Below, one piece after another: positions 18,367-26,968 of a stretch of 34,053 nt of DNA. Both the position numbers and the translations under genes were made by a program. Below the pieces are notes generated by a model. It was given only the letters and a program-made list of their open reading frames with translations. It was not told the origin of the DNA and did no database searches. The number at the start of each line of letters is the position of its first letter. Position 1 is the first letter of the stretch. This stretch comes from a virus. The DNA lies in the UHGV virus genome UHGV-0175144, one strand, 5' to 3'.

Positions 18367-18740
18367 TTACGCCGCCTTTTCTCTTTAAACAGACTTTGGC
18401 GCAGGGCGTTTGCGCGAGCGTCTTCACGGCGCCTGTGCTCCATCTCATGTAAATAGCACCCCTTGCACAGACCCATCGCTTTTGCGCGAGCTGATTCGGT
18501 CCATACAATGCGCTGTCCGCATACAGAACAAATGGGGATAGCAGCCTGCCAACGACCATGGCGCGCTCTCATGTGTCTGATAGCCAACGCAGAGCGTCCG
18601 GGCAATATCTCGCTAAGTTCTTGTGAGGTCATTTCAGGATGTGCTCGCAAGGTCTCGAGTTCTTCCTCGGACCATTTTACGCGCCTATTTAATTGTGGAT
18701 GTTTTATGTATGGAACACTTGTTCCTATATCCATATTCAC
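18360..18740 (-). CDS. Putative DNA-binding regulator (Myb/HTH-like WSEEE..L segment plus CxxC...CxxC zinc finger)
   Basis: KWSEEELETLR...GRSALAIR; CSVC and CKGC; GGAGG RBS with GTG start; directly upstream of the terminase. Confidence 0.65.
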   Translation of the reverse strand: MNMDIGTSVPYIKHPQLNRRVKWSEEELETLRAHPEMTSQELSEILPGRSALAIRHMRARHGRWQAAIPICSVCGQRIVWTESARAKAMGLCKGCYLHEMEHRRREDARANALRQSLFKEKRRRKC

Positions 18741-18770
18741 GCCTTGACCTCCTGTTGTATCGTTACAGAA

Positions 18771-18790
18771 AGTCTATGTGCGCGATAACG
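18771..18790 (-). promoter_or_regulatory. Putative late promoter motif, copy A (head of the late region)
   Basis: CGTTATC-GCGCACA-TAGACT, 30 nt upstream of the 18740 start. Confidence 0.55.
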
Positions 18791-18865
18791 AGTGGCCGCC
18801 AAACCAAACTCGCACGCCGCATGAGCATATCCATTTTTCAATGCCAAAAAGTATATCGCACTAAC

Positions 18866-18894
18866 AAAAAAGCCGCCCATATTGGACGGCTTTT
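18866..18894. terminator. Bidirectional-type terminator ending the early/replication transcript
   Basis: AAAAAAGCCGCCCA-TAT-TGGACGGCTTTT. Confidence 0.75.
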
Positions 18895-18921
18895 CGTTAT
18901 CGGTACAAACGATAACCAAAA

Positions 18922-19317
18922 CTAGATTTCGTACAACTTTACATACAACCCCCACGGCTGCCCGTAGGCTTGCGTCACCTTCGCACAAACAATTTGTTTG
19001 TCATCTTCCATGTATTCGCACGCTGCCAAAGCGTCCTGGATTAGCTTTGTGGCGTTGTCCCAATCTGGTTTTTGCGTATATGGCTCTCCAGCCTTGTGTT
19101 TACCGGTTGGCTCATACACCAATACCAATTCAAGACCCAGAGCGCCTGTAAGCCGTTTTGCGGGTTTGTATTTCGCAATATGACTAATTACACGTTGTCT
19201 TGCTTCTGTGAGCCTAGAATCGTCGTACAGACGCCTTGTAGCCGTATTAAACTTTTTTGCCTGTGGCGTAGTTTTCGGCAGCCGCATAGGCTCAAAGAAC
19301 TCAATCGTGTTTTTCAC
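18922..19317 (-). CDS. rusA: RusA-family Holliday junction resolvase
   Basis: KPDWDNATKLIQDAL...DDKQIV signature; likely GTG start at 19317. Confidence 0.88.
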   Translation of the reverse strand: MKNTIEFFEPMRLPKTTPQAKKFNTATRRLYDDSRLTEARQRVISHIAKYKPAKRLTGALGLELVLVYEPTGKHKAGEPYTQKPDWDNATKLIQDALAACEYMEDDKQIVCAKVTQAYGQPWGLYVKLYEI

Positions 19318-19319
19318 GG

Positions 19320-19496
19320 CTAAAACATCCCTTTGAAAAAGCCAAACCACCACAAGACAACAGACACTACCAAAATGAAGCCGACCAAATGCATGTCAAT
19401 TGTTATGCCAGAAAAAGTGTCTGTAACTCTTTTTCTAATCGCTGTTTTAAGCACAACAAACAAGGCGATGATGTATATGACGTGCCAAATATTCAT
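19320..19496 (-). CDS. Small membrane protein (58 aa), absent from the ORF track
   Basis: MNIWHVIYIIALFVVLKTAIRKRVTDTFSGITIDMHLVGFILVVSVVLWWFGFFKGMF; GGAGG RBS; fills the gap between neighbours. Confidence 0.7.
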   Translation of the reverse strand: MNIWHVIYIIALFVVLKTAIRKRVTDTFSGITIDMHLVGFILVVSVVLWWFGFFKGMF

Positions 19497-19499
19497 TTG

Positions 19500-19817
19500 T
19501 TACGCCTCCTCGACCAATGCGTCTAGCTCTACGTATATTTGGTCAAGCTTCTCTGCCGTTACAACAAGGTCAATGAATGCGTCATTTACCATTCGCGCTG
19601 TACGGTCAATGCACTCAATATCAATGCTGGTTTTGTTCGAGGCGTGTGGATTGTGGAAGTCACAAACGATTCTTGCCAGCCTCATCTTGATGGCATGGGC
19701 GTAAGTGTCCAAACACTCGCAGAGGTCTTGTTGCATATCACGAATATCTTCTGCGACATCTGCCACTGCCGCGCTGCACTTCGCAGGGTCGTTGATAATA
19801 GGTATTTTTTCAGTCAT
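19500..19817 (-). CDS. Hypothetical helical protein (~105 aa)
   Basis: Start reassigned to ATG 19817 (AAGGCGG upstream); co-oriented with neighbours. Confidence 0.6.
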   Translation of the reverse strand: MTEKIPIINDPAKCSAAVADVAEDIRDMQQDLCECLDTYAHAIKMRLARIVCDFHNPHASNKTSIDIECIDRTARMVNDAFIDLVVTAEKLDQIYVELDALVEEA

Positions 19818-19898
19818 ATCAATAACCGCCTTTCTTAAAATATTCTGAATAAAATTATTGCAGGAGTAAAAATCTGCGTTAATCCTAAATAAGGGAGA

Positions 19899-20025
19899 GT
19901 TGGTAAGTGTGTGTGGCGCAGCGTCCCGCCACACTTACCCAACATCCCTTTAGGATGGGTCAAGAGATATAGGGGTGTAACTCTATATATCTTTAATACG
20001 ATTTACACCCCCCTCATACACCCCT
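19899..20025. other. Structured non-coding region, candidate replication origin
   Basis: Nested inverted repeats and three TACACCCC copies immediately downstream of the primase-helicase gene. Confidence 0.4.
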
Positions 20026-22428
20026 CTAGGGTTCTAATTCTGACCCGTCCCAATCAAGCGGGATGTCTTTGTCTGATTGTGTGTCGTAAAGATAATTTGT
20101 CTCTTTGTCACAGCGAATTGGTGACCATTTAGCTTTGTTTGTGGTCCAATTTTTGAGAGTGTTTAACGTGATTTCTTTTTCAAAAATCCCACTGTCATTA
20201 ATAATCTCAAGCATATTTACGCGAGTAGGTTCTATGTCTTCGCCTTCGCAAATTTCAAGAGCGTCTCGCATTGCTTGAGTTTTTTTCAATTGCTGCTCTT
20301 TATTTTTCTTAAGCTTGTTTTTTCGTCCGTTTGCTCTTACCTTCTGCGCCTTTGGGTCGTTTTTGTCGTAAATATTTACAAACTCACCCTCGACCAATAG
20401 GTCATTAAGCGACCCTGTAAGATCCGGACAATGCAGTGGATATTGAAACCACAGGTTTTTCTCATCGAACTTCGGAAACTCTCGCAAAGTTCCGTCCAAC
20501 CTCCATGCGGTCCAGGTCTTCGCAGCTTGCTTGGTAACTTCGCCAATCGACAAAAGGCTTTGATAGTACTGCGGCGTCAGGTGCTGCTGTGCCCAGGCGC
20601 ACACCGCTACAGGGCCTGCTTGCTCGTCTGGCGTGAGAGTCTGTTTCCATCCAGGGACATACATATTCATCCAGGCTTGGATTTGCAGCCAATCGACCTC
20701 GCTTTGGCGAGCCTGCAACGCATCGTCTGTGACATTGAGCTGGCTCATATCGATAAGCGCGTCTGGGTCACGCGCAAACACTCCAGAGCCGCTGGCGCGG
20801 TCCATGGAGCGCTTAGATCCTTGAGCACCCTTCGAGTGATGGTGGCAATAAATCACAGCGCACCCAAGCTGTGACGCCACCAAATCAAATGAATTACAAA
20901 ACGCTGCCATTTGGTCTGCGGAGTTCTCGTCGCCGGTAATTACCTTATAGATAGGGTCGATAACAACAGCGATGTAATCCTTCTTTGCAGAGCGCCTAAT
21001 GAGTTTCGGCGCGAGCTTATCCATGGGTACTGATTTGCCGCGCAAATTCCAAACATCGATGTTGTTTATGTTGGTAGGCGCCCATCCAAGAGCTGTGTAC
21101 ACATCGCGAAAGCGATGCAGGGCGCTTGGGCGGTCTAGCTCCAAATTGACGTATAGAACACGTCCCTGTGCGCATTGCCAGCCAAACCATGGCTTGCCTT
21201 CTGCAATTGCAGCACAAAGCTCAATGAGCGCGTATGACTTACCGGCCTTGGAAGGACCAGCAATAAGCATCTTGTGTCCCTGGCGCAACACGCCATCAAT
21301 TAGAGGTGGTGCGAGTTGCGGCATATCGTCCCAAATCTCTGATAGTCCTTCTGGGTCTGGCAAATCATCGTTTACTGCCTGAATCCAATCCCACCATTCG
21401 GCCCAGGACTCCTTGCCGATGTTGGTCGCCACAAGATACTGCTTGTTCTCACCACGCATCACTCCTGGCAAACGCGATAGGCGACTAGGGTTTTTGTTTT
21501 GCGTATCGAGGATAAGTCCATTCTTTTTGCAAACATCGTACAGAGAGTCAACGCGCTGTTTGTATTCGGCATAATCTGCTGCGTCCACGCGGACAATGGC
21601 ATGCAAGCTCTTGTTTCCTGAATCTACCAGAGTCGCGATTGGCAGCTCCAACTGCTCCATAAGAGCGTACTGCATTTCCTTGCTCATGGAGTCAGACTCA
21701 ACAAGCGCGTATCTAAACTCCGCCACGTTGGAGTTGCGGACCCCCTGGCCATCCAGAGCGTTAAAGCGTATCCAGGCACCGCCCTGTTCGTTGTAATCAC
21801 CCATGGCCTTACCGATGTCGTGGTAGCGGTCTAAGTCGCGCAAAATCTCTGAGCTGGTGCGTGCGTATGAGCCTTTCGATGGTAAGTAACGACCGTCTTT
21901 TTCCCAGGATTCCATTACGTAGCCTACGTATTCGTCTGCTTCAAAAAGCGTTGAGATGTAAGTCGTGATTTCTTGTATAGGGTTCCACGCATCATCTGAC
22001 GGAACGTGTAGGGGTTTTCCCTCTACCCAGGTTTTGTCGATAAACACCGTCTCGTCTTTTTCGGCTGGTTTGTGCTTGTAAAAATCGTAATCTTCGTACT
22101 CATCGTCTGAGATACTGTAGATAGGGTCGTCCCATCCTAGAGCGCGTCCTTTATACTCTTCGGGGAAAATATCGACATTGTGGTCCTCGGCGATGTGGAT
22201 GATAGTTCCAGAGCCTACGCCCTCACCGTCAAATGACGCCCACTTCTTAGCGCATTCGCCTTGATGGTAGCGCTTGGGGTCTTTTGCACTCCAGCTGTCC
22301 CAAATCTCAACGTCAAAACCGCAGGCTTTGAGCGCCATGCCAATTTGTGTCCACTCGGTGTAATCGCATTCAGCAGGATCTATTCTGTCTACGATGTCTG
22401 GCAGGTCTGCGTGTGCTTGTGTGGCCAT
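20026..22428 (-). CDS. Primase-helicase: PriCT-2-like N-terminus, primase-like core, RecA-family AAA_25 helicase
   Basis: YTEWTQIGMALK...WDSWS...KKWASF; ALVESD, SGNKSLHA, KNPSRLSRLPG; Walker A GPSKAGKS, Walker B VVIDP, HHHSKG. Confidence 0.88.
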   Translation of the reverse strand: MATQAHADLPDIVDRIDPAECDYTEWTQIGMALKACGFDVEIWDSWSAKDPKRYHQGECAKKWASFDGEGVGSGTIIHIAEDHNVDIFPEEYKGRALGWDDPIYSISDDEYEDYDFYKHKPAEKDETVFIDKTWVEGKPLHVPSDDAWNPIQEITTYISTLFEADEYVGYVMESWEKDGRYLPSKGSYARTSSEILRDLDRYHDIGKAMGDYNEQGGAWIRFNALDGQGVRNSNVAEFRYALVESDSMSKEMQYALMEQLELPIATLVDSGNKSLHAIVRVDAADYAEYKQRVDSLYDVCKKNGLILDTQNKNPSRLSRLPGVMRGENKQYLVATNIGKESWAEWWDWIQAVNDDLPDPEGLSEIWDDMPQLAPPLIDGVLRQGHKMLIAGPSKAGKSYALIELCAAIAEGKPWFGWQCAQGRVLYVNLELDRPSALHRFRDVYTALGWAPTNINNIDVWNLRGKSVPMDKLAPKLIRRSAKKDYIAVVIDPIYKVITGDENSADQMAAFCNSFDLVASQLGCAVIYCHHHSKGAQGSKRSMDRASGSGVFARDPDALIDMSQLNVTDDALQARQSEVDWLQIQAWMNMYVPGWKQTLTPDEQAGPVAVCAWAQQHLTPQYYQSLLSIGEVTKQAAKTWTAWRLDGTLREFPKFDEKNLWFQYPLHCPDLTGSLNDLLVEGEFVNIYDKNDPKAQKVRANGRKNKLKKNKEQQLKKTQAMRDALEICEGEDIEPTRVNMLEIINDSGIFEKEITLNTLKNWTTNKAKWSPIRCDKETNYLYDTQSDKDIPLDWDGSELEP

Positions 22429-22449
22429 AAATTACCTCCTTTTGTTTAC

Positions 22450-22476
22450 AAAAAGGGGAGCACGTGCGTGCTCCCC
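22450..22476 (-). terminator. Hairpin with T-tract upstream of the primase gene
   Basis: GGGGAGCAC-GTGC-GTGCTCCCC stem followed by TTTTT on the - strand. Confidence 0.7.
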
Positions 22477-22499
22477 CCAACGCTGTGTGTATGTGACTC

Positions 22500-22817
22500 T
22501 TACTGCTTAATCCTTGCGCCGCAGCACGAGCAATACTCAGATCCGCGATCAAACTCGCCACCACATGCGGAACAGGTCAATGCCGGACAATCAGTGCCGT
22601 AAAGGTAGCGCCCCTCATCTATACCCGTACATATCGGGTCGATAAGGTCGGCAAGGCGTTCAAGCAGCTCATCCGTACTACCCTTGTCTCCCGTATAATT
22701 CTCGATACCCACCATTGCTGCAATGTCGTAATCGCTCACCCAATCATAGATACGAACGATATTTTCGCGTAGACACTCTGCAGCTTCTTTGCGCTGTTCG
22801 GGTGTTGAATTAGCCAT
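22500..22817 (-). CDS. Hypothetical protein with C-terminal zinc ribbon
   Basis: LADLIDP; CSACG...YCSCCGARI. Confidence 0.7.
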   Translation of the reverse strand: MANSTPEQRKEAAECLRENIVRIYDWVSDYDIAAMVGIENYTGDKGSTDELLERLADLIDPICTGIDEGRYLYGTDCPALTCSACGGEFDRGSEYCSCCGARIKQ

Positions 22818-22819
22818 CT

Positions 22820-23233
22820 TTAGCTCTTACTTACGATTTTTACACCAGGGATTTCTTGCGGCAAGAAATTAAGCTCATAGCTGTACTTGTCTACAGTTGA
22901 GCCGCTTAGATCCTCTACGGTATAGCACGTCCACTCATTGAGATACACAAAGTGCTTGGTGTATTTACCATCTGGTAGCTCACAGGTCACTTCAAGCTCG
23001 TTAGCATCATTGTTCTTGTGGATTGAAAATGTGCCTGTAAGCTGCAGTGTTACTTTGTCAGATCGGCAATTGATAACTGTTAAGCGACGTACGACGTTGA
23101 AGTTGTCGGCTTCCTGGCTGATATTGTGAGATACGCGGTCTGCTTCTTTGCAGCCGGTTAGGCTGAGCGCTGCTATAGCTGCAGCCACAATAACAAGTGC
23201 TGCTACCGCAGTGCTGATAAAACGTTTTTTCAT
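22820..23233 (-). CDS. Phage lipoprotein
   Basis: MKKR, hydrophobic segment and lipobox LTGC; ADRVS.NISQEADNF.V.RR..VIN motif. Confidence 0.8.
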   Translation of the reverse strand: MKKRFISTAVAALVIVAAAIAALSLTGCKEADRVSHNISQEADNFNVVRRLTVINCRSDKVTLQLTGTFSIHKNNDANELEVTCELPDGKYTKHFVYLNEWTCYTVEDLSGSTVDKYSYELNFLPQEIPGVKIVSKS

Positions 23234-23245
23234 GATTTCCTCTTT

Positions 23246-26200
23246 CTACCAGCTTAAAAATGGCACTGCTGGCATTTCGTCTTTCTTTACCTGTGGTGGG
23301 ACATAACTTACTGGATCTATGGCGTGTGGGACGCGCCATCCGTTAGCGGAGAGTCGGCTAATTAGCCTTGATGCCTGGTCTAGCGACCATTCGCCCACAT
23401 GTTTAAAACCGTAACGCTCAAGCAGACGAATTTGTTTGGCGGAACTCATGCCTTCGGCTTTGCGCTTATCCAGGCGATTGAGTAGCATTGACGCCTTGCC
23501 GGCACACTCAATGCCATCGGCAAAAATGCCATGGCTCTCAAGTGCTTTTAGCTGCTTGTCTGATGGTGGAGCCATCTCCCAGCCAAAACTGGGCACGTAA
23601 TTTTGTAAATCTGCATCCATGATGGACATCTCGTATTGCAAAGGGTCCACAAGCTTGCGCTTTTTGGTGCGCATTTCTGCCAGCTGTTTAGCCAAGGACT
23701 CTTCACGAGCCTGCGTAACATCGTTTTCGGCGCTTTTCTCGACCTCTTCAAGGTCGATAGGCGCTCCTTGCTGCTGCTCAATGACCTTGGTCATGGCATT
23801 TGCAACCTCGGCGCTCTTAGCGATTAGGTGCGTCGGGCGGCACAGCTCGTGCCGCTCGGTGTGCCACAGAAAATCGAGCAATAAAAGCTTGTCCTTGCCG
23901 GTTTCAGGTGATAGACGAGTTCCTCTGCCTACCATTTGACAATTACCTACAATAGCAACTTTTCCATTACGTCGCGTGACTAGCGTGCCAAGCTCGTTTT
24001 GCACACACCAGCACATCTCATCTGAATGCTGTTCCTTAACCCATGTCGCGTGCTGACCAGATACTGAGCCGATTTTTACAAAATTCTGTTTTTTGAGATG
24101 TAGCATGTAAAAATCGTTCTTTCTCGCTATTCCTGCTTTGTCTACAGAAATATTTGCACGCCAACCTCGCTGGACGGCCATAATCTGCAAGCGCTCAATA
24201 AAGGCTTTGTTTCCTTTTCCGATGTGGTAACTCCTTCTCGTCCAAGATTGCCCACTTTGTTTTGCTCCATCAGCTAAATGGATTGTCCTGAGCATGATGT
24301 CAAATTGGCGTTCGTCCATATCAAACAATGTGTCACTTATGTTTTTTGAAATGTACTTTTTGAGATAACCCCAGCCACTGCGGTTTTTATGTGCTCCGCG
24401 TGGTTTGCCTTTTGAGATTGACCAGATAGTGCGTGGACTCGTTTCGTTGTATTTAGTCCCGCCAGACACAGAGCGTTTTCCATACTTAAGGTTGCATCCA
24501 TCAATGCATGATTGGATTTCGTCAATCCATGGCTGATGGCTTGCCTGAGATATGTAAATTGCACCGTTTGTCTTGTTAATTGTTCCGTCCGTCATCACCC
24601 ATGCAATGAAGCGGATTTCATCGTCAGTAAGAGGGACTCCAGGAAAATGCGTCTTTCCGCTTACTGGGATATAGGCGCCGTCTTTCATATCAGCGATATC
24701 TTGAGCTTCTTTGATTTTCCAGCCCTTGCGTCTTTTGTTGTCATACACCATGCGGTGATGATTCGTAACGCGAATATCTGATGACTGCCCCTTAATTGAG
24801 CAAAAGAATTCATTGCTGGCTAGCTGTCTCTTGATTTTTGCGAGGGCAGGGACAAATTTTGTCTCCCCCGTCTCGGTATCGAATGCAAGAACATCTTCTC
24901 CGATTTTTACGTCAGTCTTCCAACCATCACGCGTTAGTACTTCTGTCTTTTCGTCTAGACAATAAAGACTTCTCACCTTGGTGGGGCGCAACACAACAAT
25001 ACAATCCACGCTTGGGCAATCCCAGCCCTCTGTCAAAAGCATTGAGTTGCACAGCACATTGTATTTGCCGCGCTCGAAGTCTTTTAAGACCTCGGCTCTG
25101 TTGGACGATTGCCCGTTTACCTCGGCTGCCCTAAAGCCATGCCTGTTTAGGATGTCACGGAATTTTTGCGAGGTGGCGATAAGGGGCAAAAATACAACGG
25201 TCTTTCTGTCCATGCACTGCGCTTCATACATCTCCTGCGCGATTTGCTCTAAATACGGCTCGAGGGCGTCCCCCAAATCAGCTGACTTAAAATCGCCTGC
25301 CTGCACGCCCACATGACTTAAATCAAGCGAAAGCGGTATGGTCTGCGCTTCTATGGGACATAAATAGCCATCCTTAATAGCTTGTGGAAGTGAGTACTCG
25401 TAGGCCAGGCTGTCGAACAGCTCTCCTAGGTTTTTGCGGTCTCCTCTGTCGGGCGTGGCTGTAACGCCTAAAACCTTAGCGGCGCTAAAGTAGTCAAGCA
25501 CTGCTTGGTACGAACTTGATAGGGCGTGGTGGGCTTCATCTACGATAATGGTGCTAAATCTATCAGCTCCTAGCGCATCGAGCCTGGACTGGCGCATGAG
25601 CGTCTGGACGCTTCCTACCACCACAGACTCAAAACGACCAACTGAGGTGTTTTCGGCTTTCTCAACTGCGCACGCAAGGCCAGTAGAGCGTGCGAGTTTG
25701 TCTGCAGCCTGCTCAAGCAACTCTCCTCGATGTGCCAGTATCAAGACGCGCTCTCCTGCATCAACGCGTCTTTTGGCTATCTCAGAAAAGACGATGGTTT
25801 TACCGCAGTTATGAGTAACGGTGAAGTCATCCAATAGGTAACGGTTGTCGCCATCAACGGTAAAACCAAAATATTCTCCAAAGCCAATATGCTCAACGCT
25901 AAAACCAGTGCGCAAAACGCTTTTCTTTTGTTTGCGCTTTGCGCATTGTTTGGCTTTTACGCGACAGGGGATTATTGAGCAATCTCCGCTAATTGATACA
26001 CGCCAGTATGTCCCAACAAAACCGCCCTGGCAGGTCTTTATGGATTTTGAGACATATGCAGCAAGGCCAGCTGAACGAGCAATAAAAGCCACATCTTCTG
26101 ATAGCTGCCGTGATTTTGAGATGAAATCATATCCACAGCATTGAGCTTTGCTGCCGTCCGTGTCGATAACGCCAGCTAATATTTCTAATCGTTTTTCTAG

Positions 26201-26968
26201 TGGTGCAGCTTTATACACAAGGGGAATGAACTTACCTGCTGAGCCAACTCCACGTAAGTGGAGTTCTTTAAGCTGCTGGTGAAGTAGCCCACCCTTTGCC
26301 CCAACGTATCCACAGCGCAAAAGAAAAGTATTCGCTCTTCCAGCTTTTTCTGTGCGCACAGTCATATTGTAGACTTCGCATTGGCGCTCAATCTCTTGTT
26401 CGATTTCTTTATCCATGGTAGTGATTGAGATTGAGTTTTTTATATTTCCATCACCAAGAAGAACGCCAAGGAAATATGGGTCTATAGAAATATGACTACC
26501 ATCGTTTTCATGAAACTTCTCAATAGCCGAACTACGATATAGCTTGTGGGTGTGTTTTTTGTTTTTTGACCACGTAAGATATTCGCTGACTGTAACATCG
26601 GTAATTTTTCCACCAATTTGTGAGGGGTATTGAGGATGCCCCTTTAGTCCTGTTTGCACAAGTGATAGCATGTGCTGCGAATTTACGATAAATGGCTGCC
26701 CCTTAATTGGAGTGATTTTGTATAAATCATCCTTACCGTGGTGGAGGTGTAGCACTTTACGCGGCTTGCCGTCTGCTCCTAAAAGAGTATCGCTAAGGCC
26801 AATCTCTTCGACGGCTTTTGTCAATCCACTTGCTAGAAGGACTTTTTGCCCCCTAGCATGGCATCCGGTAGGTAAAACAAGGAGCGTCTTTCGACGCCCC
26901 TTTTCCCACTCATCTTCGATTGCTTGTACAGATTGCGTTTGGTATGGCCTTAGCTCAAAGCCGGCCAC
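23246..26968 (-). CDS. SF2 DEAH-box (ResIII/UvsW-like) helicase precursor with two inteins; ~548 aa after splicing
   Basis: LRPYQ, LPTG|CGKT, DEAHH, TATP, LTEGWD, Y|CQMVGRG motifs, interrupted by two insertions. Confidence 0.92.
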   Translation of the reverse strand: MAGFELRPYQTQSVQAIEDEWEKGRRKTLLVLPTGCHARGQKVLLASGLTKAVEEIGLSDTLLGADGKPRKVLHLHHGKDDLYKITPIKGQPFIVNSQHMLSLVQTGLKGHPQYPSQIGGKITDVTVSEYLTWSKNKKHTHKLYRSSAIEKFHENDGSHISIDPYFLGVLLGDGNIKNSISITTMDKEIEQEIERQCEVYNMTVRTEKAGRANTFLLRCGYVGAKGGLLHQQLKELHLRGVGSAGKFIPLVYKAAPLEKRLEILAGVIDTDGSKAQCCGYDFISKSRQLSEDVAFIARSAGLAAYVSKSIKTCQGGFVGTYWRVSISGDCSIIPCRVKAKQCAKRKQKKSVLRTGFSVEHIGFGEYFGFTVDGDNRYLLDDFTVTHNCGKTIVFSEIAKRRVDAGERVLILAHRGELLEQAADKLARSTGLACAVEKAENTSVGRFESVVVGSVQTLMRQSRLDALGADRFSTIIVDEAHHALSSSYQAVLDYFSAAKVLGVTATPDRGDRKNLGELFDSLAYEYSLPQAIKDGYLCPIEAQTIPLSLDLSHVGVQAGDFKSADLGDALEPYLEQIAQEMYEAQCMDRKTVVFLPLIATSQKFRDILNRHGFRAAEVNGQSSNRAEVLKDFERGKYNVLCNSMLLTEGWDCPSVDCIVVLRPTKVRSLYCLDEKTEVLTRDGWKTDVKIGEDVLAFDTETGETKFVPALAKIKRQLASNEFFCSIKGQSSDIRVTNHHRMVYDNKRRKGWKIKEAQDIADMKDGAYIPVSGKTHFPGVPLTDDEIRFIAWVMTDGTINKTNGAIYISQASHQPWIDEIQSCIDGCNLKYGKRSVSGGTKYNETSPRTIWSISKGKPRGAHKNRSGWGYLKKYISKNISDTLFDMDERQFDIMLRTIHLADGAKQSGQSWTRRSYHIGKGNKAFIERLQIMAVQRGWRANISVDKAGIARKNDFYMLHLKKQNFVKIGSVSGQHATWVKEQHSDEMCWCVQNELGTLVTRRNGKVAIVGNCQMVGRGTRLSPETGKDKLLLLDFLWHTERHELCRPTHLIAKSAEVANAMTKVIEQQQGAPIDLEEVEKSAENDVTQAREESLAKQLAEMRTKKRKLVDPLQYEMSIMDADLQNYVPSFGWEMAPPSDKQLKALESHGIFADGIECAGKASMLLNRLDKRKAEGMSSAKQIRLLERYGFKHVGEWSLDQASRLISRLSANGWRVPHAIDPVSYVPPQVKKDEMPAVPFLSW
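23942..24961 (-). mobile_element. Intein 2 (340 aa) with LAGLIDADG-type endonuclease region, inserted at helicase motif VI
   Basis: Starts CLDEKTEVLT, block B VTNHHRM, WVMTDG and IHLADG, ends VAIVGN followed by +1 Cys. Confidence 0.92.
25808..26863 (-). mobile_element. Intein 1 (352 aa) with LAGLIDADG homing endonuclease, inserted in Walker A
   Basis: Starts CHARGQKVL, block B VNSQHML, LGVLLGDG and LAGVIDTDG, ends TVTHN followed by +1 Cys. Confidence 0.95.

Noticed and set aside
18737..18988. 83-aa - strand ORF spanning the rusA to late-region gap
   Set aside because: It overlaps rusA, crosses a clear terminator and the late motif, and lacks an RBS.
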